From: an uncultured Nitrososphaerota archaeon
Lineage (GTDB): Archaea; Thermoproteota; Nitrososphaeria; Nitrososphaerales; Nitrosopumilaceae
DNA length: 64,000 nucleotides
Assembly (NCBI GenBank): GCA_963701075.1
Contig: OY969559.1
Coordinates: forward strand, 1,408,001-1,472,000
Direction of reading: 5' to 3'
Made by a program: the position numbers and the translations under genes. Below, piece after piece: positions 20,434 to 31,527 of this stretch. Positions within the stretch are counted from its first letter, which is position 1. Each line of letters opens with the position of its first letter. The notes beneath the pieces are model-generated. The model did no database searches. It worked only from the letters and a program-made list of their open reading frames with translations, and was not told where the DNA came from.

Positions 20434-21723
20434 TTATGGAAATAGCCTTTCGGGATCTCGCGGGTATAGAACGACTTCTCTTACATTATCAATTTTAGTC
20501 AAGACAGACATTAATCTGTCAAGGCCCAATCCCCATCCAGAGTGAGGGGGCATTCCCCAATCAAACGTTTTAAGATGATCTTCGAATTGAGATGGGTTTA
20601 ACCCTTGTTCAATCAGTCTTTCCTTGATCTTACTTGGATCATGTAGACGTCTACCGCCAGATGACAATTCAAGATATCCATATTGCAAATCAAATGATTT
20701 GGACAATGACAAGTCATCTTCCTTTTCATGTATGTAGAATGGTTTCAACTTCATAGGCCAATCTATCAAAAAATAGAATCCTGGATGTAACTCTCCAAGT
20801 TTTCTTAAATGAGAATCCAGTAGATCATCGCCAAGTTCAAGAGGAATTCCTTCACGGCCAAGCTCTTCCACGGCTTGTTTGTATGTGATTCTCTCAAATG
20901 GCGTTGCCGGTCTTTTTACATCAATTCCCAAAGTCTTTTGCTCCTCAATACAGTTTTTTTCAACATGTTCAAAAACATTGGCTACAACTGTTTCTAGAAC
21001 TTCAATAACATCAAGATAATCCATAAAATCAGCTTCTACATCCACACTTGTAAATTCAGTAAGATGTCTGACAGTATGCGATTTTTCTGCCCTGTAAAAT
21101 GACGCTATCTCAAAAACTCTTTCAAGTCCAATTGTTAGTTGCTCTTTGTAAAGTTGTGGACTCTGTGCAAGATATGCCTGTTTATCAAAATATTTTAGAG
21201 AAAATAGGTTTGCACCACCTTCACTGGCACTTCCAATTATTTTGGGGGTGTTTACCTCGATGAAACCAAGTTCAACAAGAGTTTTTCGTATAGATTGTAA
21301 CGCATGGTGACGCATTTTGAAAATAGATGCCGTTTTCTGATTTCTTAGGTCAAGCGCTCGCGCATTTAGTCTATTATCTATATTGCTCTCCAGTCTACCT
21401 ATTGGATCAATTGGTAGTGGATGCACAGCACGCGATAATATTTCTATTTTTTCGGATTTTATCTCAAACGGAAAATCACGTGATTTGGTCTCTTGCACTG
21501 TTCCAGTGATTCTAACTACGCTTTGCCTATTGAGGTCTTTTACCTGTCGGATGCCTTCTTCTCCAACCACTACCACTTGTGCAACTCCTGTAACGTCCCT
21601 TAATGTGAGAAAAGTGAGTTTGCCCAATTCACGAAGGTCTTCCACCCACCCGCCAACAATTACCTTTTGACCTTTTAGAGATGCATTTAGGTTACCCATG
21701 TAATGTGTTCTTTTCAAATCCAA
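20434..21723 (-). CDS. aspS: aspartyl-tRNA synthetase (archaeal, likely non-discriminating)
   Basis: OB fold, LAQSPQLYK, YRAEKS..RHLTEF, GMPPHSGWGLGLDR. Confidence 0.96.
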   Translation of the reverse strand: MDLKRTHYMGNLNASLKGQKVIVGGWVEDLRELGKLTFLTLRDVTGVAQVVVVGEEGIRQVKDLNRQSVVRITGTVQETKSRDFPFEIKSEKIEILSRAVHPLPIDPIGRLESNIDNRLNARALDLRNQKTASIFKMRHHALQSIRKTLVELGFIEVNTPKIIGSASEGGANLFSLKYFDKQAYLAQSPQLYKEQLTIGLERVFEIASFYRAEKSHTVRHLTEFTSVDVEADFMDYLDVIEVLETVVANVFEHVEKNCIEEQKTLGIDVKRPATPFERITYKQAVEELGREGIPLELGDDLLDSHLRKLGELHPGFYFLIDWPMKLKPFYIHEKEDDLSLSKSFDLQYGYLELSSGGRRLHDPSKIKERLIEQGLNPSQFEDHLKTFDWGMPPHSGWGLGLDRLMSVLTKIDNVREVVLYPRDPERLFP

Positions 21724-21732
21724 TTGACTTTC

Positions 21733-22242
21733 TCACTTTCTTTCAAATTCAACAACTAGTTCTATCTTTCTAAGGTGCTGCGATATTACTATGATTTTGT
21801 CTACATCAATTGGGAAACGGGATGTTTTTCTTCCTGAAACGATGACTTTGGTCTTCCTGACGCCCCCTGGCGCCCACAATTGGTTGATTGCCAAGATCTT
21901 GATTGGAAAGAACATGTCTTCAATGAATTTTTTATCGTCACACCCCTGTTCGACTAGCCATATCTTGCCGGCAAATTCCCCTTGAAGTATCCTGTAAAGT
22001 TCCCTGCTTTGTCGTATAGTCATGATATCGGCACTACTAAGATATAGCACAAAGTTTCCATTTGATTCCCGGCAGGAATTGAGCGTAAATTTTTCAATTT
22101 GTGGAATTTTTTGAGACAGTTGAACTAGCTTTATCGAAGCGTCTACATCTGACTTTGTCAGCTGTCCAGAATCCAGTTTGGATTCGCATTGTGGACAAAG
22201 AATACCATTCATGGCATCAAAGCTACAAATAGGTGTCCTCAA
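21733..22242 (-). CDS. archaeal NusA-like protein with N-terminal Zn ribbon
   Basis: PICSFD...LCPQCE N-terminus, KH-like body, adjacent to aspS. Confidence 0.7.
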   Translation of the reverse strand: MRTPICSFDAMNGILCPQCESKLDSGQLTKSDVDASIKLVQLSQKIPQIEKFTLNSCRESNGNFVLYLSSADIMTIRQSRELYRILQGEFAGKIWLVEQGCDDKKFIEDMFFPIKILAINQLWAPGGVRKTKVIVSGRKTSRFPIDVDKIIVISQHLRKIELVVEFERK

Positions 22243-22359
22243 GGAAATCGGTTTTTTGCTTACTGGAACTGGAAGATAAACTATGCGAAATCGGGTTCTG
22301 TTAAGTTGTCAGGTGATGACACAAATTTTTCTTCCTGTTACAGGTCGGGTGATGGATTC

Positions 22360-22977
22360 TCAGTATGGTCTATAAATTGTTCGTATTTCGAATAATAACG
22401 ACCGCCAGAGATTTAATGATAATCCAGTATCTTGGTAAAGACTAAATTTTATCATGCTTTCATCATTTATCCAATTTTTACGATCTAATACTTTTGCAAT
22501 ATCTTGTTCAAAGACACCTCTAAGTTGTTGAGCCAGACAATGTAAAGCGGCTAATGCTGCAAAAGCGTCCATAACCGTAGTATATGTTATTTTGAACTGT
22601 TTTTCCTTTAATTCATGTTTCAATTCATTGTAAGCATCCCACCATTCTAAATCTCTTGTAAATGGTGTAAATTGTAAGTTATGTGGAATTGAAATGATTT
22701 TGAAATTTGCCAATACAGCGTTATGATTTAACTGCCGAATTAATGGCGGAATTCCACCATTTTCAACAAAATTGCAATTTCTAGAGATCAGCCTTGTTAC
22801 TGCTTCTACCTGTGCTCCGCAAACCAACATCATATTTAGTAATCTTGGCGAGTAAATTTGTGCAGTTCTTTGGCGTTCATATGGTACGACCTCGTCAAAG
22901 TTTAACATCTGTTTTTCAAGATCATTATGTAATTTTCCTAAATCCTCTAAATCTACTTGAAACCAGTCATACACCAA
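22360..22977 (-). CDS. hypothetical protein (accessory)
   Basis: 205-aa ORF containing WWDAYNELKH; adjacent to a transposase remnant. Confidence 0.65.
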   Translation of the reverse strand: MVYDWFQVDLEDLGKLHNDLEKQMLNFDEVVPYERQRTAQIYSPRLLNMMLVCGAQVEAVTRLISRNCNFVENGGIPPLIRQLNHNAVLANFKIISIPHNLQFTPFTRDLEWWDAYNELKHELKEKQFKITYTTVMDAFAALAALHCLAQQLRGVFEQDIAKVLDRKNWINDESMIKFSLYQDTGLSLNLWRSLLFEIRTIYRPY

Positions 22978-22978
22978 T

Positions 22979-23260
22979 TTAGTTATTTCTTGATGAATTT
23001 TGTATTAAGGTTATCCACTTGTTATCGCCTTCTATCTGGATCCCTGCTGCTTCCGAAGGTGTTTTCCCATCTAAACTCATGTGTGGTCACAAGTAGTTGT
23101 GAGAGTCTATAGCCTGTAAGAACTGGCGTACCATTCTTCTTTAGACCTCTAACTACCTTTTCACGGTCACGAATCTCGCCATTCAATCTCTCCATCATGT
23201 TGTTATTTCTATCACCTTTCAAAGTGATATGGGATTCATGAACTGTTCTACGTGTATAAA
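22979..23260 (-). pseudogene. DDE-type integrase/transposase C-terminal remnant
   Basis: NNNMMERLNGEIRDREKVVRGLKK, then in another frame HMSLDGKTPSEAAGIQIEGDNKWITLIQN; N-terminus missing. Confidence 0.8.
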
Positions 23261-23278
23261 ATGGGCTTATGACAATCT

Positions 23279-23569
23279 TTAATTTTCCATAATTTTAAAA
23301 AAATCAACAATGTCTTTTTCATGACTTAGGTCGTCACCCAAATACGATTTAATCTCGTCTATGATCGAAGTATAGTTTTCTTTGTATACCTCTTTGAGTG
23401 TATCTCTCAAGTATTTTGGATACTCGTAGCAATCTATGATATTTCGGTTACAGATGGTGTTTAGTCGGGCTTGAATCAAATGATAATTAGCACCATTTCT
23501 TCTCATTAGGACAACTTCTATACACGACATTAAAGCAACTCTGTGCTGCTCATCAAAATGCCCCGCCAC
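23279..23569 (-). CDS. hypothetical helical protein
   Basis: 96-aa ORF containing CYEYPKYLRDTLKEVY. Confidence 0.6.
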   Translation of the reverse strand: MAGHFDEQHRVALMSCIEVVLMRRNGANYHLIQARLNTICNRNIIDCYEYPKYLRDTLKEVYKENYTSIIDEIKSYLGDDLSHEKDIVDFFKIMEN

Positions 23570-23655
23570 AATTCAATAGCGGCTACCGTTTTAACTATTT
23601 CCAAAAACTGCTCAAATTAATCATGCTTTCTCGCATTATGGATAATTGGATCTAT

Positions 23656-23692
23656 TGTTATCGTCTTCTACCTGAATTCCTGCAGTTTCAAA
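23656..23692 (-). repeat. second degenerate copy of the transposase 3' end
   Basis: tgttatcgtcttctacctgaattcctgcagtttc versus tgttatcgccttctatctggatccctgctgcttc at ~23020-23053. Confidence 0.6.
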
Positions 23693-23725
23693 AGGCAGAT
23701 TTACTTGCACAACACATTCTAACTA

Positions 23726-24661
23726 ATGACTACACTTTCAATTGAAGAACTCCAAGTTCAATATCAATTACGTGATAAAATAGTTCATGCAGTAGACGGA
23801 GTATCCTTTTCCCTTGGAAACAATGAATCATTGGGCATAGTAGGGGAGAGCGCCTGTGGGAAAAGCACCCTTGGACTTGCAATTATTAGATCTGTTCCAG
23901 GTGGAAGGATTGTCAAAGGAGATATACTGCTAGATGGAAAATCTACGTTAAAAATATCAGAAGAGGAATTTGCCAAGACAGTCCGTTGGAAGAAGATATC
24001 AATGGTATTTCAGGGAGCAATGAATTCACTGGATCCAGTTTTTTCAATCAAACAGCAATTCGAAGAGATCTTGAGGGCCCACAGTTACAGTGGAGATCAC
24101 CTAAAAAGGATAAATGATGTCATAGATTCTGTAGGTTTGCCCTCCACAGTACTAGACAAATTCCCTCATGAACTTAGCGGAGGCATGAAGCAAAGGGCGG
24201 TAATTGCCATGGCATTGATTTTACAACCGAATCTAGTGATTGCAGATGAGCCTACCACAGCACTTGATGTACTAGTACAAGCCCAGATCCTAAGTTTGCT
24301 TAAAAAACTGAAAAAAGAAGGCATGTCACTCATACTTATCTCCCATGACCTTGGCATAATATCTGAAATAGCAGACAAGGTCGGAATAATGTATGCCGGA
24401 AAGATAGTTGAATTTGGTACTTTGCAAGAGGTGTATTCAAACCCCAAACATCCATACACACAAGCATTGCTCAAGTCCATGCCAAAAATCAAAGGTGAGC
24501 CAGAGTTAATATCTCTAAAAGGCAACCCCCCCAACTTGGCCAATCTGCAAGTAGGGTGCAGGTTCTATGACAGATGTCCGCATGCGATGGAAAAATGCAG
24601 AAAAGAGCCGCCCAAAATTAAAACAGAGTCTGGCCACGTATTATGCTGGCTCTATGAATAG
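23726..24661 (+). CDS. oligo/dipeptide ABC transporter ATP-binding protein (DppD/OppD-like)
   Basis: GESACGKS, LSGGMKQR, IADEPTTALD, C-terminal C..C..C..C cluster. Confidence 0.93.
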   Translation: MTTLSIEELQVQYQLRDKIVHAVDGVSFSLGNNESLGIVGESACGKSTLGLAIIRSVPGGRIVKGDILLDGKSTLKISEEEFAKTVRWKKISMVFQGAMNSLDPVFSIKQQFEEILRAHSYSGDHLKRINDVIDSVGLPSTVLDKFPHELSGGMKQRAVIAMALILQPNLVIADEPTTALDVLVQAQILSLLKKLKKEGMSLILISHDLGIISEIADKVGIMYAGKIVEFGTLQEVYSNPKHPYTQALLKSMPKIKGEPELISLKGNPPNLANLQVGCRFYDRCPHAMEKCRKEPPKIKTESGHVLCWLYE

Positions 24662-24690
24662 GATAAATAAATTAAAGAAATTTTCTTAAA

Positions 24691-25608
24691 CTAGTGAGAA
24701 TATGTTGTTTGGTTAAGACCGTTGTCTTGATAGTATTCGTTGTACAAGTTCAGTGCATTTTGCAATGATTTCTGATCTCCATTTGCAATATCTACATTTC
24801 TATTATCTGGAGTTTGTTCATTTGTAGTCGTGCTGTTAAGACCAGCATAACCTGTTGAGTATGTCGATGCAAGCGTATGTGCATGGATCTCTTGGAATAT
24901 CTGAATTGCTTTGCCCAGTGAAGCTGCCTGTTCTGCGTTTAGTTGACGACCTTGTGTATTCTCGTTTGTAGTAGCATTTTCTTGTAGATTCAGATAAGCC
25001 ATGTCAACTCTTGTAAGATTACTTAGAAGAGCAGTTGCTTCTGCATCCATAGCATCCCAAGTCTTGTCAATTTGGGCTTGTCTATTGCCAGAGTTTTGTT
25101 CATTTGTTGTTCCAGAATCTGTCAGTTTTTCATATTTTGCAGATATCATTGATAACTGTGAGACAATAGACTCTGATGCATTCAATGACTGATCTCTTGC
25201 TTGAGCAATCAAGGCATCTCTGTTTCTTCCTTGCTCATCAGTCGTGCTGCTGTTCAAGCCTGTGTAGTTAGTGGCTTGGAAGCTTTGAAGCTGCCTTACA
25301 TGAAGCTTATCAAATTCCGACATGGCATTATTCAAAGATGCGTTTGCTCCTGCTGCCAAGTTTCGTCCTGCAGTATTCTCATCTGTTGTAGCAAAAGATA
25401 GACCAGACCAGTTACGATGGGATCCGTTCATGTTATCAAATTGATATTTGTCAGAATAGGTCAAGGCAGCTGTTTGCTGAGCAGTAAGCTCTCGCTGAGC
25501 TATCTGAGACCATGGATCGTCTGCAAATGCCATCTTACTTAGATAAACAGAACTTCCACTTAGAACTAAACCGCTGATCATTACTACGGCTAGGAGTTTG
25601 GCGTTCAC
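24691..25608 (-). CDS. secreted protein with five internal ~45-aa repeats
   Basis: Signal peptide (..AFA-DD); repeated [YW]xxL-x(2-4)-TT[DN]E-x(1-5)-R motif. Confidence 0.75.
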   Translation of the reverse strand: MNAKLLAVVMISGLVLSGSSVYLSKMAFADDPWSQIAQRELTAQQTAALTYSDKYQFDNMNGSHRNWSGLSFATTDENTAGRNLAAGANASLNNAMSEFDKLHVRQLQSFQATNYTGLNSSTTDEQGRNRDALIAQARDQSLNASESIVSQLSMISAKYEKLTDSGTTNEQNSGNRQAQIDKTWDAMDAEATALLSNLTRVDMAYLNLQENATTNENTQGRQLNAEQAASLGKAIQIFQEIHAHTLASTYSTGYAGLNSTTTNEQTPDNRNVDIANGDQKSLQNALNLYNEYYQDNGLNQTTYSH

Positions 25609-25800
25609 GTTTGAGTATCATATATTATGGCCTTTAAAACTTTGCGATAGTAAGAATTTGACCAAGTGATCGCCTGATGCCTAGATTATACATCAGTCGA
25701 AAATTAATGATTGGATTAATAATATACCATTTTGTTGCGCTTTGCGCCATAGGATGTTTTATACAGTTTTCTTGATATACTTGACAGAGAGGTAATTGCG

Positions 25801-26760
25801 GTGGAAGAGATCCTTTCTGTAAAAAACCTGAAGAAATACTTTGTAAAAGGAGGGTTTTCACGCCAAAAGGAGATAGTAAGAGCAGTCGACGACATATCAT
25901 TCTCAATAAAGAGTGGTCAGACATTTGTTCTTGCGGGCGAATCAGGATCTGGCAAGACAACAGTTGCCCGTTTGATATTAAGGGCAATAGAACCAGAGTC
26001 TGGCGAGATAACTTTTGACGGTGTCAAAATAACTAATGATATATCAAGTCTCAAAAAGATAAGAACGGAATGCCAGATGATACATCAGGACCCTTATGCA
26101 TCAATAGATCCTAGAATGAAGATTTACGACATAGTTAGGGAACCGTTAGACATACATGACATCGGTAAATCAAGTGAGAGAAGAGATTTAGTTTTTGAAG
26201 CATTAAGAGACGTGAAATTAGAACCAGAGGAGATTGTTTCAAAATATCCACACATGTTATCAGGAGGTCAAAGACAACGTGTTGCTATTGCTAGATCAAT
26301 CACAACTAAACCCAAGTTGATAATAGCTGATGAGCCAGTCTCAATGCTTGATGTATCAGTCAGAGTTGGAGTTTTAGAATTGATAAAAGAACTGCAAAAC
26401 AAACATGGCATCTCATTTTTGTATATAACTCATGATCTCTCCACTGCAAGATACGTAGGTCATGTGATTTCCATATTATATCTTGGCAAGATTGTTGAAA
26501 CCGGTCTCATCAATGACGTGTTACTGCATCCAAGACATCCATACACACAAGCACTCATGGATTCCATTTCTGAGCCAAGCCCAGACAACTTGCAAAAAGA
26601 GAAAAAAATTCGTATCAACAATCCCACTGAGGTAGACGTCTATCAGGGATGTAGATTCAGAGCAAGATGTCCGTACGCTATTGAAAAATGCAAGCAAGAG
26701 CCAGAACTTGAACCGGCAGGAGATCAAAGGTCTGTTGCTTGTTTTGTAAAGATAACCTAG
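25801..26760 (+). CDS. oligo/dipeptide ABC transporter ATP-binding protein (DppF/OppF-like)
   Basis: GESGSGKT, LSGGQRQR, ADEPVSMLDVS, HPYT. Confidence 0.93.
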   Translation: MEEILSVKNLKKYFVKGGFSRQKEIVRAVDDISFSIKSGQTFVLAGESGSGKTTVARLILRAIEPESGEITFDGVKITNDISSLKKIRTECQMIHQDPYASIDPRMKIYDIVREPLDIHDIGKSSERRDLVFEALRDVKLEPEEIVSKYPHMLSGGQRQRVAIARSITTKPKLIIADEPVSMLDVSVRVGVLELIKELQNKHGISFLYITHDLSTARYVGHVISILYLGKIVETGLINDVLLHPRHPYTQALMDSISEPSPDNLQKEKKIRINNPTEVDVYQGCRFRARCPYAIEKCKQEPELEPAGDQRSVACFVKIT

Positions 26761-29700
26761 TTTGCAACTTCTTGCGATATGTTAGAAATTCTATGCGATA
26801 CAACGTGTGATACGCCATTTCGTGGAAACACGCCGTAGATCAACTTTGCCTTTTGTACAACAGAATCCTTCAGTGACACCATTATGATCTGGCTTCCTCC
26901 TGACCTATCTTCAAGTATCTTGGCTAGTCTTTCTGTGTTTAGCGCATCCAAGTGAGCGTCAACTTCGTCAAGAAGGTAAAATGGCGATGGCTTTAGTTTT
27001 TGAAGAGCGAGCAGGAACGTAATTGCGGCAAGAGTCTTTTCACCTCCACTAATTGATGTCGATTCTCTTTTGGGTTTATTTGGAAATTGTACCAGATATG
27101 AAATTCCTGATGTGAATATGTCATCTTCATTTTGAATCTCAAGCCAAGCATTTCCTCCGGTCATCTTGTTGAAAATTTCTCGAATATCTTTATCGACCTT
27201 GTCGTAAGATTCCAAAAATGTTTGCCTCTTATCCTTGTCTATTTCTTCAATGAATTTTACAATAGAGTTTCTTTCGGCCTCCAGCTCGTTCTTTCGCGTA
27301 GACATTGAACGATATCCATCTGAGACCTCGACATATGTCTCAGGAGCTCTTGTGTTAAGAGAGCCAGACATTTTCCGCTTCTCAGATTCTAGTTCTACAA
27401 GAATTTCATCAACATCAAATGATTCAAGCAGAGTCTCATAACCATATGAGAGAAGGGTTTTGCGGATTCTTTCTTCATTTTCGCTAAGATCCTTAATATC
27501 GCGCAAAATAGAATCAGATTGCCTCTCCATTCCGTTGATTTCTTTTGTGAGTGTTCTCTCAGATTCATAAAAAGTCTTCAGTTTGATATCATATTCTTTG
27601 AGTGTCGATACCGAAGTACCAGATGTAGATATCAGCTGTTGTTCTTTTTCCCTCAAGGATACAAGTAAGACATCAGCGTTTTCCTTTTCCTTCGATGATG
27701 TCCTTGATTGTACCTCAAGATCGTGTTTTTCATGGTTTAGAGAAGACTGTTCTTCAGATAAGCGCCGCAAGTTTGCCTTGTGTGAGTTTTCCTCATTGGT
27801 AAGTTCAGTAATTTTCGTACTTAGTTCACGAAATTCAGTAGAAATTGTGCTCTGTGCGCTCAACAAAGTGGCCTTTTTCTCATTTAACGCAGAGATTGCA
27901 GTAGCAATTCTTGCCTGCTCCTCTTCAGCATAATTTTCTCTAGTTAGTGATATTCGCTCTTCTAAAGATGCAATATAGGACTCTGTCTTTGAGAGTTCAA
28001 CTAGAATATTTTCTTCTCTGCGCCTGAGCTGCAGTATTCTTGACGAGATCTGGTCTAGAGACACAGATATTGTCTTTAGTTTCGATCTCACGTCTGTAAG
28101 GCTCATGTCCACGTTAGCAAGTCCGGTCTCGGAAGAATGATACCTGCCGTCCAAGTTTCTTGTTATTCTTTCAATCTTCTTTAATTGCCCACTCTTGTTT
28201 TGAATAAATTTCTTTAACAGTTCAAGAGATTGTACTAGCCCATCTACTGAAGTACTAAGAAGAATTATCTTTGTAAGATTTGAGACCTTGGAATTCATAT
28301 CTACAATCACTGCACTTGCATCTGCCTCAAAGAAATGTCCATCAAGTGTAACTGCCTTGTACCCTTTTTTTGACAATGCATAAGCTGCTTCTTTTGAAGA
28401 GGCAAGACCTATGCTTCCAAAGATAAAGTTTTTGAGCGACTCTAGTTTTTCATCACATTTTATAAAATCTGAAATGACTCCAAGTATTCCTTCTTCCTGC
28501 GGTATAGTAGATTTGGAATTAGACACAGCATCTAATGGTATGATCCTAATTTTTGGAAGTTTTTTCTGTTGAGCAAATTCAGCAATTCCAAGAAGAGTTG
28601 CAAAGTCATTTACAACAAGTGCCTTTAGCCAGTCAGAACCTACTGATAAGATTGCTCTCTCGTATTGTTTATCCCAAGAAAGTAACTCATAAACAAGGCC
28701 TTGAATCCCCAGTCTCCTTGAATCTTCTTTGAGCTTTGCAATAGAGTAATCTTCATGCATTACTTCTTTTACAACTTTAATTTTTGCTTCATATTGAGCA
28801 GCAGCCTTACTTGCCTTTTCAAAAATCAATGTGGTCTCTTCAACATCTTTTTCTATTTTGGTGCGTTTATCACGCAAGTCTGACAGTCTAGATTTTAGCT
28901 CGTTGATTGCCAACTCATGACCTGCTCTTACTTTCCTGAGTTTTTGCTCAAGATCAAGTAGTTTCTCTTTTTCATCCGATAATGCTTTTGTTTTAAGCGA
29001 GTTTTGATCAACTTTGCTTTGAATGTCTAAATGTTCTTGTTCTAGTTTTGAACTTGAAAGCTTTGCATCATTTAATGTGCTGGTAAGATTTCTTACCTTT
29101 CCATCAGTCTTGATTTTGTTACTTGTAACCTGTGACTGTTGCCTCATGGTTTGATTAATTTCAGAATCAACTGATGCAAGTTCTGCATTGATGCTCTTTC
29201 TTGATTCATTTATAGTATTGATAGAATTTTTCAGTTCTACAATTTGAGATTCTAAGATGGAGCGCTTTTCATGTATACCTTCCAGATCAGTCTGAATTTC
29301 CGGTAGTCTGGTTTCTATGTGTGCCACTCTTCTTGCGTTGGCAACCAATTTACTATTTGCCGATTCTGACTGGTGCATTGCGGTAGAAAGCTCAGAATCA
29401 ATTGAGGCCTTTGCAATATTGTATGCATTGACTTCTTCCATGAACTTTTGTTTCTCTTCTTCAAGTTTCTTTATCTCATCGCGTAACTGCCCACGCTGTT
29501 CATCGAGTTTTTTGTATTCAGACTGGATGGCGTTAAGGCTTCTTTCTTTTGATACCTTTTGAGTGTCAATGTCCCTGAGCTTGTTTGAGGCTTGAATGGC
29601 ATAAAGTCTCTTCAGTTCTCGGTCTAGGAAATCATACCGGAGTTGGTTATTTCGTTCCTCTTCTAGCTCATCAATACGCTTCTTTATCTCGTCCATTCTG

Positions 29701-30285
29701 GCTAATGCAATCTCAAGTCTTCTGTCTGCTTCGTCCAGTTGTTTTAATGCCTCTGTTTTTTTCTCATCAAAATAGGCAAGTCCTATAATATCCTCAATTA
29801 TTCTTCTTCTCTCTTCTGAGTTAAATTCTGAAATTCTAGTAATTGTACCCTGTTGTACAATATTCAATTTGTGAATGCCGCAGTTTGCTACTTCCAAAAG
29901 ATCTAAAATGTGATTTCTTAGTACCTTTTTTTGGTTTAGATAATAGATGTTCTCACCTGATTCGTCCATCTCCCTTGTGATCGTCACTGTATTCGAATCA
30001 ACAGGGATCTTTCGATCAGAATTATCAAAGTGGCAGCTTACTCGCGCTATTTTTGCACCATGGTGTGCATTATCTACATCATGTAATAACGAACGTAGTT
30101 TGTCCACTCTCATAATTTTTGGTGCGTTCTCACCTAGAGCAAACGAGATTGCATCCAAAATGTTGCTTTTACCAGATCCATTAGCACCTGAGATGGCTAT
30201 AAGGCCAGGTTCAAAGTTAATTAGAGTATTCTTGTACCCAAATGATTTGAACCCAAAGATCTCTCAGCTTGCGTATATGGACCAA
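26757..30285 (-). CDS. smc: chromosome segregation protein SMC; +1 frameshift near the 5' end (~30264)
   Basis: Walker A GANGSGKSN upstream of the ORF call, long coiled coils, hinge, ISGGEK, LLDEVDAHLD; TTG start MVHIRKL at 30285. Confidence 0.95.
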
Positions 30286-30366
30286 TGAAATCGGTGGTTT
30301 AACATCTGAAATAACAGATTATTGACAAGTTTCATTGACTAGGCTAACAATAATTACAATGTGTGA

Positions 30367-31434
30367 CTATTTGTCTCGTTTACCTTCGACAAATTCTGTG
30401 AAGGCGTTCATCGCCTCAGTGTATGGCATTTGTATTGGAGGATGTTTGAAGCAGTAAGATGAGATGCTAGTCATTGGTCCTGAAAGCTTTCTGTCTAGCG
30501 CTATCTTTAATCCACGTATAGCGTCGATCATTATTCCTGCGCTGTTATATGCGTCAATTACCTTGAGTTTTAGATCGAGTTTAATTGGGATCTTGCCAAA
30601 GTATTTGCCTTCGATGTTAATGTAACAAATCTTCTCATTATCAATAAAGTCAACATAGTCACTTGGGCCTATTCTCATTGGGATATCATAGTCCGCCATT
30701 GCCTTTACTGCACTTGTCTTGCTTATTCTCTTGTCTTCAAGTCGCTCTTCATCAAGCATATTGTAAAAATCCATATCTCCACCTATATTCAGCTGATATG
30801 TACCGTCGATCAGTACGCCCCTGTCTACAAAAAGTTTCACTAGTGTTTTGTGGACTACGGTAGCACCAAGCTGACTCATCACATCATCTCCAGCAAGAGG
30901 GAGATTCTTTTCTGCATACATTTGCTGCCATTTTGGTTCTGATGCGATAAATACTGGAATTGCGTTAAGAAACCCGATACCTGCCTCAAGTGCCTGACTT
31001 GCATAATGTCTTACAGCTTCTGTGCTTCCGACAGGAAGGTAATTGACAAGCATTTCGGCCCCAGTATCCTGCAGTATCTTTTTGACATTGACCTCGGGTT
31101 CTTGAGAAGGCGTAACTATTCGACTAAGGTGCCTTCCCAGACCGTCCTTTGTTGGCCCTCGTTGAACTGTTATTCCCATACGGGGAACTTCGGCAACAGT
31201 GATAGTATTGTTTGGTCTTGCATATATTGCCTCAGAGATATCTTTTCCAACCTTTGTGTCTGCCACGTCGAACGCTGCTACCACTTCGATATCACCTGGT
31301 TCGTATCCTCCCAAGTTGTAAGCAGTCAGGCCTATGACATCATTTGGGTTATCTGTATAATATTTTGCGCCTTGAATGAGTGCAGAAGCACAATTGCCTA
31401 CACCGGCTATAGCAATCTTGATCTTCTTTCCCAA
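30367..31434 (-). CDS. ino1: myo-inositol-1-phosphate synthase
   Basis: GVGNCASALIQG, NYLPVGS, GDDVMSQLGAT, YQLNIGGDMDF, KRISKT. Confidence 0.93.
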   Translation of the reverse strand: MGKKIKIAIAGVGNCASALIQGAKYYTDNPNDVIGLTAYNLGGYEPGDIEVVAAFDVADTKVGKDISEAIYARPNNTITVAEVPRMGITVQRGPTKDGLGRHLSRIVTPSQEPEVNVKKILQDTGAEMLVNYLPVGSTEAVRHYASQALEAGIGFLNAIPVFIASEPKWQQMYAEKNLPLAGDDVMSQLGATVVHKTLVKLFVDRGVLIDGTYQLNIGGDMDFYNMLDEERLEDKRISKTSAVKAMADYDIPMRIGPSDYVDFIDNEKICYINIEGKYFGKIPIKLDLKLKVIDAYNSAGIMIDAIRGLKIALDRKLSGPMTSISSYCFKHPPIQMPYTEAMNAFTEFVEGKRDK

Positions 31435-31527
31435 CTTAATCGATAGCTACAAAATTATACCTACATATTAATTACTTGTGATTGGCAAGTGCAGAGGATT
31501 TTATATCCCAGACTTGATTCCAGACGT

